From: Collodictyon triciliatum
Taxonomy: Eukaryota
DNA: 45,171 nucleotides
Direction: 5' to 3'
NCBI GenBank assembly: GCA_043381765.1
Contig: JBHJMP010000542.1
Coordinates: forward strand, 1-45,171
Part shown: in pieces, positions 25,220 through 45,171 of the stretch
Layout: each line of letters opens with the position of its first letter
Position numbering within the stretch: position 1 is the stretch's first letter
Notes under the pieces: model-generated
Seen by the model: only the letters and a program-made list of their open reading frames with translations
The model's database searches: none
What the model was told of the DNA's origin: nothing
Position numbers and translations under genes: made by a program

Positions 25220-27156
25220 CTAGTCTCGGTGTGGTGCTGTGGCTTCGCCGTCAGACTCGGAGTCGCTCCGGACATCGTCGCCGGTCGAGCCGGTGGAAAG
25301 CAGGCGCAGAGCCATCCGCACAATCAGGAAGAACCAGTAGACATGCAGCACGACCAGCGTCCACAGCAGCACCCCTGTTATGTGTGGGCGATTTTGTTTG
25401 GTTTGTTAGAGCCGGGGAGTCAGGGTGCTTGCTTGTCAGTTTGCGGGTGTCCGCTCGTCTTTGATTTCTGGTGTTGGTTGGGGTGTGGGTTGCGTTCCAT
25501 ACCAAAGAAGTGCACCATCGGGATGTGCGGGGTTACTCCGGTTGTCATCGTCAACGCGTTGTAGCTGCACACAGAAAGAAGGTCAGAAGGAAGGTGGCTG
25601 GCAAGTGTTCAAACAATTATGCAGATGCCCATTTTGCCCCCTCTTGTATATCTCCCGATTCTCGACTTCTTTCGCATTCATATTCCTGAGCGCTGGGATG
25701 CACAAATAAAAGCGTGAAGCACCAGGATGGGACAAAAATGCTACGGGCAGAAAGGAAGGACGGAGGATTGGGGTGTGCTTACTAGTCATGGTNNNNNNNN
25801 NNNNNNNNNNNNNNNNNNNNNNNNNNNNNNNNNNNNNNNNNNNNNNNNNNNNNNNNNNNNNNNNNNNNNNNNNNNNNNNNNNNNNNNNNNNNNNNNNNNN
25901 NNNNNNNNNNNNNNNNNNNNNNNNNNNNNNNNNNNNNNNNNNNNNNNNNNNNNNNNNNNNNNNNNNNNNNNNNNNNNNNNNNNNNNNNNNNNNNNNNNNN
26001 NNNNNNNNNNNNNNNNNNNNNNNNNNNNNNNNNNNNNNNNNNNNNNNNNNNNNNNNNNNNNNNNNNNNNNNNNNNNNNNNNNNNNNNNNNNNNNNNNNNN
26101 NNNNNNNNNNNNNNNNNNNNNNNNNNNNNNNNNNNNNNNNNNNNNNNNNNNNNNNNNNNNNNNNNNNNNNNNNNNNNNNNNNNNNNNNNNNNNNNNNNNN
26201 NNNNNNNNNNNNNNNNNNNNNNNNNNNNNNNNNNNNNNNNNNNNNNNNNNNNNNNNNNNNNNNNNNNNNNNNNNNNNNNNNNNNNNNNNNNNNNNNNNNN
26301 NNNNNNNNNNNNNNNNNNNNNNNNNNNNNNNNNNNNNNNNNNNNNNNNNNNNNNNNNNNNNNNNNNNNNNNNNNNNNNNNNNNNNNNNNNNNNNNNNNNN
26401 NNNAGATGGAATGATGCGCAAGCTGGTCCATAAACCTTAAACCTGGCCATACAGCTGAGCGGCAGGGATGAATGGGAAAGGAGGGAAAAATAAAAGGACT
26501 GGGCGAAGTATCCGAATCTGAATGATGAAAGGAGTCCGATAAAAGAGGCATACGGCATTGGGTGGCTGGGGTATCCGTCCCAGAGAAGCAATCTGTTTTG
26601 CACATATTCCTCTCCGCTGATGGTATCGTAGCCCATAGCTATGAAGACTGAGTACACAAAGAGCTTCCACACGGACTCGCGGAACTTAAGACGATCGCTG
26701 GGCTTGGGAACGCTGGACGACATGGACTGGAGAGAGGTAGTTAAGGAATTTCATACGCGGGAAGAAAGAGAGAAAGAGAGAAAGAGAGAAAGAGAGAAAG
26801 AGAGAAAGAGAGAAAGAGAGAAAGAGAGAAAGAGAGAAAGAGAGAAAGAGAGAAAGAGAGAGAGAGAGAAAGAGAGAAGAGAGAAAGAGGGAAAGAGAAA
26901 AGAAAAAAAAGGGTACCGCGAACAAAAAGCGATCGAGAATCTGGTAGCGCAGAAACGTGATTGCGGCAGCATAGAGGAAGGCCTGCAGCAGGTCGGAGGG
27001 GACGGGGTAGACTGAGCCGGGGGGCGGAGTCTCGAGCGGTGCGTACGTGTAGGTCTTTGTCGCATCCCACCAGGCGACAAGCGCAACAAGGAGCCCGAAG
27101 CCGCAGAAGAGGAGCTGCTCGTTGCGGGAGACTGTGCGCTTTGCTTTTTGCTTCAT
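25220..27156 (-). CDS. Ceramide synthase (LAG1/TLC domain); middle exons hidden in gap 25793-26403
   Basis: KFRESVWKLFVY...LWDGYPSHPMP; C-terminal LLWTLVVLHVYWFFLIVRM...GDDVRSDSESD, the typical CerS tail. Confidence 0.9.
26763..26890. repeat. (AAAGAGAG)n purine-rich microsatellite (intronic)
   Basis: 8-mer tandem run in the first CerS intron. Confidence 0.9.
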
Positions 27157-27910
27157 GGCCGGCCTGCGTGTGCGCTGTGTCCTGCGTGGGGCGTGTGCTC
27201 ATGACGCTCTTTTCCTCTTCCTTTCCTTCACTCTTGTTCTCTTGCTTTCTCTTGCTTTCTCTTTTCTCTCTTTTCTCTCTTTTCTCTCTTTCTTACTTCG
27301 CCTGGTGCCTTGTGGAGTTGGGTTGGGCGCCAGCGCATGGCGCCAGTATGCTTGCCTCTCTTTCTCTCCATTACGCGTGTTGCCTTTTGACTGCCTTCAC
27401 CATGCGCAGAAATTGGACCAATCTGGACAGGGCTCTGCACACGGCGTGTCTGCGCGTTGCGATGCCCGTTGTGCCCGCACGCCGGAAGCCCGCTGGAACG
27501 CGCAACCCTTCGCCCGCACGCAGGAGGCCCGCTCGAACGGAGGGGACGGTCAACGGCGTATTTATGGCGCGCGCGATGCAGGCGGCCCTACGAGTCCGAC
27601 CAGATCTGGTTGACCCTGCGCATCAACGCGGCCTGGCTCGCACTGCCTGCTCCTTCGCTGGCCTAGGGTGGCGGCAGCCGAGGGGAAAAGCAGCACAGAT
27701 GTTTGCGTGAGATTCCTGCTGCACGGGGCTTCTGCATCCCAAACACGTTCCTTCATGCGCATATGAGGCTGCCACTCACCTCCAGTCCTCGAGCGCCGCG
27801 GGTGAATCCTTTCAGTCGCATCCGTGCCGGTCCCATCGCCTGTCCAAGTCCTGCGTTGCGGAAAGTCTTGAGTTGGTGGCCCGCGCTCTCATATTCGTCG
27901 CTCACAAATC

Positions 27911-35210
<7,300 letters not shown>

Positions 35211-35985
35211 CTGCACGGCGTTGCGTTGTCCGGGGCAAAGAAGTGCGCGGTCGGGGACAGAGAAGAAGAGCAGGGACGAAGCGCTGCGTCAGTGAAGGAA
35301 AGGAAANNNNNNNNNNNNNNNNNNNNNNNNNNNNNNNNNNNNNNNNNNNNNNNNNNNNNNNNNNNNNNNNNNNNNNNNNNNNNNNNNNNNNNNNNNNNNN
35401 NNNNNNNNNNNNNNNNNNNNNNNNNNNNNNNNNNNNNNNNNNNNNNNNNNNNNNNNNNNNNNNNNNNNNNNNNNNNNNNNNNNNNNNNNNNNNNNNNNNN
35501 NNNNNNNNNNNNNNNNNNNNNNNNNNNNNNNNNNNNNNNNNNNNNNNNNNNNNNNNNNNNNNNNNNNNNNNNNNNNNNNNNNNNNNNNNNNNNNNNNNNN
35601 NNNNNNNNNNNNNNNNNNNNNNNNNNNNNNNNNNNNNNNNNNNNNNNNNNNNNNNNNNNNNNNNNNNNNNNNNNNNNNNNNNNNNNNNNNNNNNNNNNNN
35701 NNNNNNNNNNNNNNNNNNNNNCGCATCCTGTTAGTCCGGTGCGGCGTGTTGTGCTGGAAAGTCTTTTTTCTTCTATTCTTTTTGCACATCTGCTTGGGCT
35801 CGGCACTTCACAGCTCCATCTAATGGGTTTATCGAGCATGTGTGGAGAATGCAGAGAGAAATTACACGATGGAGCATCTGCCTCCCAAGAAAATTGGGAT
35901 GTAGAATGTGATTTGCGGATGATATTAGATATGTAGTCGAGAGTGTGCATCGGCGCGACGAAACGCTCTCGCGCAACCCGAGTGC

Positions 35986-38856
35986 CTAATGAGCCGAGGA
36001 CGTCGAACCTATCAACCTTATGCTTTCATAGTCATCCGAGTTTGCTCGTCGACGCGGGGATTTCTGACTCAATCTTAATGCTGCGAACCAGAAAACAATT
36101 GTCCAGATATTCCAAAGCGAACACAGAGCCAGGCTCATCGCCTTGTCTTTGAGTAAGTCAGAAATATACTATGTCCAGACATGATTAGTGCCTTGCAAGT
36201 CGAGAGGGAGAAAAAGGCATGAAATCCAAATTAATAACTTCCGAGCCAACGCCCAGCAAAGGAACGCAAGCGATGAGCACTTACCCCAACCAGTATTGGT
36301 GAGGGAAGGTCCCCGACCAAGTGGATTGTCAAGTTGCACGTGGCCATCGCAAAGGACCGAAGCCAAAGCGGAACAGAACTAGATTTTCGAGCAAATGTAC
36401 GAATTTTCTTCTCATCAGCAAAAGTGCAACTGAGAAGCAGTAGAAAAGAAAGATTTTTTTTACAGAAACCCCATATTCAGAAAATAGAACAACCGTGGCT
36501 ACCTCAACAGAGCACCATTGATAGGCCCGGTAACAGAGAAAAGCATAAATTCAGAGACTGCCATGATGGTAAAATACAACACTGGGTCTGTGACAAAGAA
36601 CGAGCAGACAGTGAGTGGCAGGGCAAGGGTAACAGCCACGACGGATAGCTGGTCAAATATGTTATTACATTCAAGGTTAATGGATACGTTACAAATAAAA
36701 TTATATAGTCAGGCAGCCCTAGAGTTTACAGAATGCCCTTTCTTTAAAACGAGATCCTTATTTTCAAAAATACATAAAGAAACATTAGAAAATGGGGGTG
36801 ATTTGAAGAACTAGCAGCGACTTTTAAACTAAGAGCGTTGGCATTACTTTTAAGCCTATTCTTGACGCATCATCGTCGGAACTGGCAAGGTTTCTTATGT
36901 GTCTATCCAAAAACCATCCACCAAAGCTGGTTCCAAATATCCCTGCGAGTGCTGTAACCATCCCGAAAGCTATAGAAGTATTCGATCAAAATATGCCACC
37001 GGAAAAAAAGCAACTGGATTCTGTTTTAAATGAGTTCGCCATACGCTATCACATACAGCTGTTTTAACCATAATTTCGAAAATAATTGAGACTTGTATTT
37101 GCTTCGCTCTTTGACAATCCAATATTGTCCTCCAAAAACGAGGGGCACCAGAATGCAAAAGCGCCGATGACAAAAGTATAGGAAGCATATCCTAGAACGG
37201 TCGCAACATAGTTTGGTGAATGGAACAGAACCCAAATGGATGTTGAGACGGACAAGTCTGCGTCTGTGACATCTCGGTTGGTACTGGAATGCGTCGAAAT
37301 CAGAGATGAAGTCATGCCATCAATCTGCCGTTTTGAAAGGAAAAAGATAATTTGAAATGTATGGGTGTTTTTCAAGAAATACTTATTCGCTTTAGTTTTC
37401 GTTTTGGATTTGGATTTGGCTTTGGATATTACCTCTCTGGACCCAGTATCAAGGCTAAAAAATTGCTTTACTGTCCCAGGCCCGACTCCGTTAGGCAAGC
37501 ATAGACACACAAATGCCAGCGGGAGCATGAGGAACCCTTTTACCATAGAAAAATAGCTTAACATACACTCATTAATATTTTGAACTTTAAGGTGCCATAT
37601 ATATATAAAATAAAAATAAAAACACTTTTGATCGAAATATATGGAAAAATAATAAAATATCGCTGCACTATGTCTTGCCTTCAATGTAGAAAACTCCTCT
37701 CCAATCCCAAAAATCGGCCATGAGCCCAGATGCAATGTAGCCAAGAGCTTAAAGTATTCAAAACAATTATCCATTGGTGTGATAATTTATTTTGTGAAAT
37801 TGATTGATTTTCTAGGAAATAGAGATAAAGGGAATAAAAATACGTAGAAAATGAGTGACTAGAAAAGAAAAAGAACCTCCTCCAAACGGTATGGCAGTGT
37901 AAAACAAGGACAACCATCTCTATGGACAGGAGAGGAGAAGCATAGATAGATGCAATCTTCATTTCATTTCATATTTTGGTATTTGGCAATATATTCCATG
38001 CTCAATTCTCAGAACAATATCATAAAATAAAAATCACGCATACAGTTCTCGACTCAATGGGTGCATTGTCGTCGATGTATGTTGGAGCTAGCCCTTTTCA
38101 TTTTCATTTTATATTTTATTTATTTTTATATATTTTTTCATTTGTATTTGTATTTAATTTCAATTGTCTTAATTACAAGAAAAATTGGAACGTTCGTTAC
38201 AAACGGGCAATAGTTCTTATTTATTCAACCGTATTACAAACATGGACTAAATTGCGTACCTGCAAAAGATGCTTCACCAGCCCCAGTGACCATTCGGCAA
38301 ACAGCCAACATCAAAAATGAAGTAGAAAATGCTATTTTATTGCGCAAGTAATAAAATAAAATTAAAACGCACTCAAGTGAAATATTATGAAATCAGGAGT
38401 GGGTTATCCTGTGACAGCCAAATACTCAATCCTTCATCAGTTATATTTAAAAGAGGACAATCACATATGATAGTGTAAAACCTGATACGATGGTTGCGAG
38501 AGACCACGTGAATAAGCCACAGAACATCAGAATTGTCGGATGATACTTGCGAGAAAGATGAGCAAATATTGGATTAGTTGCCATGAATCCGACCATAAAA
38601 GAGCCTAATAAACGATTATTTAAAGATGAATATGAGCATATGTTCTTGATGGATCCTTGTTTATATAAAAAAGTTGAAATAAGTTCAGGAATTCAACATA
38701 GGCATCATTATTGGTCAAGTTTTTTTCTTTTTTTCTTGGGGGGGGGGGGGGGGGGGGGGGGGGGCATCTTATCATATATAACGAGAATTTATAGTTTATG
38801 GATCCTTTCCTTTTTTTTATGCATTGATTTTATTATTATTATTATTATTATTGTTA

Positions 38857-38928
<72 letters not shown>

Positions 38929-39962
38929 NNNNNNNNNNNNNNNNNNNNNNNNNNNNNNNNNNNNNNNNNNNNNNNNNNNNNNNNNNNNNNNNNNNNNNNN
39001 NNNNNNNNNNNNNNNNNNNNNNNNNNNNTTTTTTTTTTTTTTGTGGGGGGGGGGGGGGGGGGGGGTTGGCGCTAAAAATAACTGTAGATTGTAAACGGAG
39101 ACAACAATTGAAGTTAATAATAAGAAAATATTATATTTTACAAACCGGCGAGTAGGCCATCTGATGTGTTGGATAGTCCGAATTCATGTTCGACACTGGT
39201 TAGGATGCCCTGTTATAATTTAAAAAAGGTTGCCGAGTGTTATAGAGAATGTTTGAAAATAAGCAAAGCAATTGGTTAATTGTGTGCGCATCAAACAAAA
39301 ATCAGTAAATAGATAAAAATCACAACGGAATTATTATATGGTCACGCTTTAAGTTAGATTGTAGATAATATGAAGACAGGCGACAGATTTCGTTCATAAA
39401 AATATCAACATTCCAGTGAGAGAGGGTAAACAAACCGCAACAGCGCCCCTGTCAAAATAGTTGAGCAGGTTGACTAGGCTCAAGTAACACAAAATTGAGA
39501 ATGGCTGCAGATTGTGAAACTTTTGAAGTATCCTAATGACACACAAAAGATGAAGAAGCGAAGGTTTACTCGCCTGTCCTTGAACAAAATTTCCACATAC
39601 TTCCCATGACAAGGACAAAGCGAAAAGGTGAAAAAGTGATATGGTGAAAAAGTGAAAAAGTGAAAAAGTGAAAAAGTGAAAAAGTGAAAAAGTGAAAAAG
39701 TGAAAAGAGAGAAGTGAAAAAGTGAAAAAGTGAAAAAGTGAAAAAGTGAAAAAGTGAAAAAGTGAAAAAGTGAAAAAGTGAAAAAGTGAAAAAGTGAAAA
39801 AGTGAAAATGTGAAAATGTGAAAAAGTGAAAAAGTGAAAAAGTGAAAAAGAGAGAAGTGAAAAGAGAGGATAGAGCCAAGTATGAGCGACAGACCCGCGC
39901 AGGAAGGTTGGCTCTGACGCTGCTGTCCGGGCAGGGTTCGGCGTGCGAGTGTTTGTCCGCAT
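35986..39962 (-). CDS. Spinster-family MFS transporter (putative sphingolipid/lysolipid transporter)
   Basis: VNLLNYFDRGAVA|GIL; SFMVGF...PIFAHL; CRMVTGAGEASFA|GLAPTYIDDNAP; RWLSLFYTAIPFGG|ALGY; WRGVFYIEG|FLMLP; VLGYASYTFVIGAFAFWCP; IHLVGDLPSPILVG. These are Spinster-like motifs. Confidence 0.9.
38828..38928. repeat. (TTA)n microsatellite running into a gap, flanked by poly-G tracts (38738-38764, 39045-39065)
   Basis: Read directly from the sequence. Confidence 0.9.
39644..39861. repeat. (GTGAAAAA)n 8-mer microsatellite (intronic)
   Basis: About 25 copies with few variants in the first Spinster intron. Confidence 0.95.
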
Positions 39963-40614
39963 GGGACTGAGCAGGCCTCTGGCAGAAGACTCTATCTTTG
40001 CGACACAGCCAGTGCTTCTGCGCACTTTCGTGTTTGTGTGAGCGAGTTTGCCAGAAAGTCAGACAGCGTCGAAAATGGAGGCCGACGATCCACCTCAACT
40101 TTCTATGGCGCGCAGGAAAGTGTTGTTTGGTTTGCTTGTCCAACTCTTTAGAAAAACAGGCAGCGTGCGATGGAAATAATAAACGCGGGATGGAAAGGAA
40201 GGGAAGGAAAGAGGATAAACGGGAGCAGCAGAGAAAGAGAAGCCGAAATAAAGGGAAGGTAGGGTAAGTGGGTGGGTGGGTGTGCCGGTTCCGTTTCCAC
40301 GCTGCAGGACGGCAACTGTCTCTTTCCGCACATAACAACAGGACAACACACGCCGAGCCAAAGCATCGCAGAGACGCCGAGGACGGCAAAGACAGAGAAA
40401 GGAGCAGGACGGTGGGCCAGCAGAAGCGTAGAGTCCCATCCCGCGAAGCAGCCGGTCTTCCAAGACGCAAGGACGGACCAGCAACAAAAACGGCGCAAAG
40501 GACTGGATGCGTCAGAGCATCCACCAGAAGAAAGCCGCGTCCCACAGGTTGGTTGCTCTCGGGAGTCGGCTGCTGTGCTGCGTGCCGGGTGGGTCGGACC
40601 GCAGGCTGAAGCGG

Positions 40615-43600
40615 CTATTGGAAGATTTTGATGGACGCGTCTGCGCCGCCGCTGGCTGTGTATGTGCCGGACGTGTGGAATGCGACGCAGTGCACGGATT
40701 CGTCGTACTTGTTGCGGTGGGCCTGGCGTGCAGCAGGAAAAGCAGATGTCAGCTATGCGGCAGCATGCGCGGCGGCGAACGTGATGGGACGGAATGCCGT
40801 GCGTGGGACATCCATAAACCATTCCCACATCCATCAACGATTGTCGTACATCGCTGGCGACAGTGACACCTCACCACTGCGCTCAGACTCTGGTGGGTAT
40901 GAATGTGCCTTACGATGTGGGTGAGATTGATTGAATCTTACCGAGACTTCGTTCAAGCACTCGCGATTCATGATATCCCAAAATCGAATGGAGCTATCGT
41001 GGCCGCAGCTGACAAGGTTCAGGCCGTGTGAGTCGATGTCTAAATCGGTCACTGCGTCAGAATGTCCGATCATCGAGTGAACCATGTCTCCTATGCGAAA
41101 GAATAAGACTCTCAGATAAGTTGTTTCAAATAATTTGAAATGGAACACATACATACATACATACATACATACATACATACATACATACATACATACATAC
41201 ATACATACATACATACATACATACATACATACATACATACATACATACATACACACACAAAAGCATACTAATTAATCAAAGTGTACACCGAGGCACAATC
41301 CCCCTCCCCCATCTTGTGCGTACTGAACGTATGAATACAAAAATAACCGAAACAGCCATTATAACATAAAAACGAAACCTGAGCGCGGGTCAAAGTAACG
41401 AATGTAATGGTCCTCGTGTGCGGATATGATTAGAGGGAAAGTCGGGTGCACGACAATCTAATGTCCGACCAATAAATGAATAAAAAAAACCAGTGACAAG
41501 GGTATGAGCAAGCTGCCAGCAATCCAAGCGAGTCCATAATAGTGTTCATGATATGCACATATCGATGTTAGACCTTATTCACTTGCGCATCTTTTCTAAC
41601 AGACCTTCCTGTTGTGTGACCTACGTTGTAAGAGAATAATATCACAGAATCTAAGGTGAGTGGCCTGCTCTCTCATCGCAACCCGAGCGGACAACTTTAT
41701 TGCATATGTATCAACTTGGAAAAAAAAGTGAACTTCGCATGTATCTTAATCAGCCTTCAATATTCGAAATTGATAAAAGATAATTTCATTTTAAGGTATT
41801 CGCCTATTCTTTTTACCTTTGACAGCCTTTCCATCTTCGATGCTCACTTCAAACACTGGCTGGCATTTTTCTAAATCAACAACACCGATCGAGTTGCAGG
41901 AGTAGCCGACAGCAACTTGACCAAAGTTTTCGTTCATCAAGCCAATTGAGGTCGGGATATATGCTAGTTGTGCAAGTTTGAGTTGTTACTCTTCGATTGA
42001 ATGAAAAACCATGGTCAACATCTTTTCAGCTGGAAGACTTCTCTACCAGACGAAAGACGAATCGCAAAGGGGAATAGAGATGATGATTTTTTAAAGTCGG
42101 CTAACCTTCATCGGATTCAGTCGGATACATAAACGTGCATGAAAGTGGTGTTTCTGCAAACCAAAAAAAAAAAAAAAATGACAGTTAATATCGGAATGTA
42201 AGATATAGAGATGCCTATCTGGGAGGTATTACCACAATACCTTTGTCCATGTTCCACAGCCTGACAGTCCCGTCAGCAGATGCGGAGATTACGCGATTTT
42301 CATTTGGAACACAAAGTAAATCCCAAATAGCATCCAAGTGGCCAGTATAGTGTTTGACTTGATTGTACGATGCTTTTCCTTAAAAAAAATTTTTTTGCAT
42401 CGACAAAAATGAGTTTGCGAAATATGTAGGCAAGTAGATAGTATGTAAGAACCTCGATTAATAAGCTATGTCAAGAGGGGTTGAGATGCTCTCACCTGTT
42501 GGACGGTACGGCTCGTCAGAGACCGATGGTATTTTCCATTTCCGCAAAACCCCGTCTGCACCCCCAGAGTAGAATACGTTTTCCTTTTGGTTGACGGTGA
42601 TTGTGTAAACAGGCCCGGAGTGACCTCGGAACGTGTAAACGGGCTCGATATCGCTCGACCCTGCACTCCTTGGGATGAATGGAGATATTCAGATATGGCC
42701 AGAAGTGAACATGCACAAGGCATTGAAAATAAAAGACATATTCCAGCTACATTATCTTAGCCGAACTGATCACTCATGACATAAAGAAGTGGATTGTCCA
42801 TTATCGCTATCTCTTTCTTATCGTTTTTGTTTTTGTTTTTGTTTTTGTTTTTGTTTTTGTTTTTGTTTTTGTTTTTGTTTTTGTTTTTGTTTTTGTTTTC
42901 TTTTTTCACTGCCACCACACACTCAATTCAGAGTATATTGGTTCAGACAGAGAAATGAGTTTGCTAAAGATATTATTGATTCGCCGAAGAAAGGAATTTT
43001 GTGTCTCACTTGCGAGGTGTGGGGACATTTTGTTTGACAACCCAGTATTTGATGGTCTGGTCTTCACTGGCAGAGAGTAGAGCATTTTCTTGTGGGTGGA
43101 AAACAACATCTCGCACAGCATCCATATGGCTTTTCAATGTCGACTTTAGAATCCACTCTCGAGGATTCTCCGACCGATTCTAAACGCAGATATATTCGTT
43201 TCAAGAGCGTGTAAACAAAAATTATATAAAAATATCGTTGTTGTAAAAAAAGGCGGCCAACCTCGCTGCCTTGAAGTTGCGTGAAGAAATCCATCGCAGA
43301 CAGCTTTGGTGCAGACGATTGAGGCAAAGATGAAGATTGCGGAACGGAAGAGGTTGTGGAAGATGACGAAGATGTAGTCGTTTTGACATGGGGGTCAATA
43401 TTTTCCCCGCCTTCTGCCACTTTGTCGTGGCTATTGGGAGATTTCTGTGGCAAGTTGGACGAATTCTCTACTTTTGCCTCATCCACGGACTTCACTTCTG
43501 GCGCCTGTTACATCAGGTCATAATGGAAAATAACGGTTTATTAGACATTAAAGTGAATCGATCAAGATGGAATTCAGTCTCCTTTTTCTAATCGTATAAA

Positions 43601-45005
43601 ATCCAGTAAAATATTCGGGGATCGGACGAGTCTGCTTATCATAATAAGTGCAGGTGAAACGGGGCATACCAAAGAAGTGGTGGTTTCTTTCGGTACCTCC
43701 TTGGATGATTCGGGCGCTTTAGACGTCGGTGCTCGGTCTGACTGCCGCGGAGATTTAGGTGTATTGGCAGAGCGGGATTCGGACGTAGATTGCACAGTGC
43801 TTGTGTTTCTTGGGCTTTCAGCCGAAGAGATGGTTTGCTTTGGGTCTGACCTTGGTGATTTGGATGGTGCAGATGTATTTTGGGGTGATTTGGATGCGCT
43901 TAGTGCAGAAGATGGTTTCTCCGGCTTTTCAGTTTTCTCTGATGATTTATCAGCAGTTACAGAAGGCGGCTCAAAAGAACAAATTAGCTCTTCCAGCTCG
44001 GCTGAGGCCCGCAGCTCGATACCAGCCATGGTCTCGGTGTACCTGATGTGTGCGACAGAAAGAAGTAGAAAGATGAATATATGTGATGAGCAGGCAGAAT
44101 TGGCGGAGAGAGATAAAGAGAGAGGACTATCAAAGTTCAAATGATATGAGAGGAGAAGCCTGGCTTTGGTATAGCTATTTTGATACAGAAGGAAGGGTAT
44201 CAGAGGGACAAACTGCTTCAGATACTGCTGGCTATTGAGGAATATTCCTCCGTTCTCGACCTGCGAAAGATCTACAGAGAATGTAAATCCGTGATAACAG
44301 TGAACTTTGTTAGCATGCCCTTTCCAGACAAGATGAAAATGGATGAGAAAAAATCAGACGGGCAAACAGAAAATAGGGCTTGTCATGTGTGAGCCGGTGA
44401 ATAAAGTGGCGGTGAGATGAAAAGCCAACGGGCTACACTAGAAGAGGGATTGACAATCGGATACCACTCCCCAAAGCAAGAATTATTGTCATAAACGCGA
44501 ATAAAAGAAACCATTTGTGTGCTCGGTTGTCGGTCGCTTTGTCCTATATATGATTTGAATGATTAATGCGTCTGATGTTAGTCTGAAGCGGCCGCATCCA
44601 CTAATAAGCGCATATCTATGCAGACCTTTCTGTCCGGAGAGCAAACTCCAAAAGTTTGACGCGCCTGACAAGGTCTTTGTTGATCTCATACTGCAACTTG
44701 CGCTCATCCTCCATGTGCTTAATTTTCAACTGGAGGCGAGCAGAGTGTATGGTCAGGACTGAGGCCGTGCGATGGAGGAGCAAAGCGGACCGCCAAAGCA
44801 GAAGAGGAGGAGGGCGGGTTCTCTGGTGGAGGAAAGAGAGAGGGAGAGGGAGAGGCGAGGGCGAAGACATGGAAAAGACCTGCAGCTTGTTTGTGTCGAT
44901 CTCCCATTTCTTCCGATCGCGCTCGTACCGGTGAAACTCTGCAGTCAGGTGCGACAGAATGTCGACGGTGGAAAAGTCTCTCAGCTGCCCGCTTCGACTC
45001 TGCAT
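40615..45005 (-). CDS. STRN: Striatin (STRIPAK scaffold; N-terminal coiled coil plus WD40 repeats)
   Basis: ILSHLTAEFHRYERDRKKWE...INKDLVRRVKLLEFALRTER; SQQYLKQ|YTET; TLKSHMDAVRDVVFHP...SASEDQTIKYW; DIEPVYTFRGHSGPV; GHLDAIWDL; SAHEDHYIRYFD; AHRNKYDESVHCVAFH...ASGGADASIKIFQ*. Confidence 0.93.
41148..41252. repeat. (CATA)n microsatellite (intronic)
   Basis: Perfect tetramer run. Confidence 0.95.
42823..42899. repeat. (TTTTTG)n microsatellite (intronic)
   Basis: About 12 copies. Confidence 0.93.
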
Positions 45006-45072
45006 TCCGCCAGCGAAAACGCCCTGCGTCTGTGTTTCTGGATCAGCCTCACGAAAGCAGAAGCAAGGATGT

Positions 45073-45171
45073 AAGAAGGAAGAAGGAAGAAGGAAGAAGG
45101 AAGAAGGAAGAAGGAAGAAGGAAGAAGGAAGAAGGAAGAAGGAAGAAGGAAGAAGGAAGAAGGAAGAAGGA
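45073..45171. repeat. (AAGAAGG)n 7-mer microsatellite upstream of the striatin start
   Basis: Perfect run to the window end. Confidence 0.93.

Overview
Gene-dense, intron-rich eukaryotic (protist-like) nuclear scaffold with 7 N-gaps. Manual splicing supports about 14 protein-coding genes. In order: class I cyclic-nucleotide phosphodiesterase (5' partial), EIF1AD, a Slob/PXK-type pseudokinase with an N-terminal TM helix, a long adenylate-kinase-like gene, 3' fragments of glutamate dehydrogenase and ITFG2, ATP synthase subunit e, a SPATS1-like gene, an ankyrin-repeat TKL kinase, a bHLH factor, ceramide synthase, a long coiled-coil protein, a Spinster-type MFS transporter and striatin. Main observations: (1) a clean U12-type AT-AC intron in the GDH gene, implying a minor spliceosome; (2) the adenylate-kinase-like gene is split mid-intron by a gap-bounded 2.3 kb block carrying truncated GDH and ITFG2 ends, probably a mis-scaffolded contig; (3) the PDE has Ala at the normally invariant purine-binding Gln; (4) very degenerate 5' splice sites plus two GC-AG introns; (5) GC-rich islands at gene ends versus AT-rich gene bodies; (6) many intronic micro/minisatellites. 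I found no CRISPR array, tRNA, rRNA or transposon, and no clearly novel multi-gene system. CDS coordinates span introns and were spliced by eye. Family assignments come from recalled motifs, not database searches.
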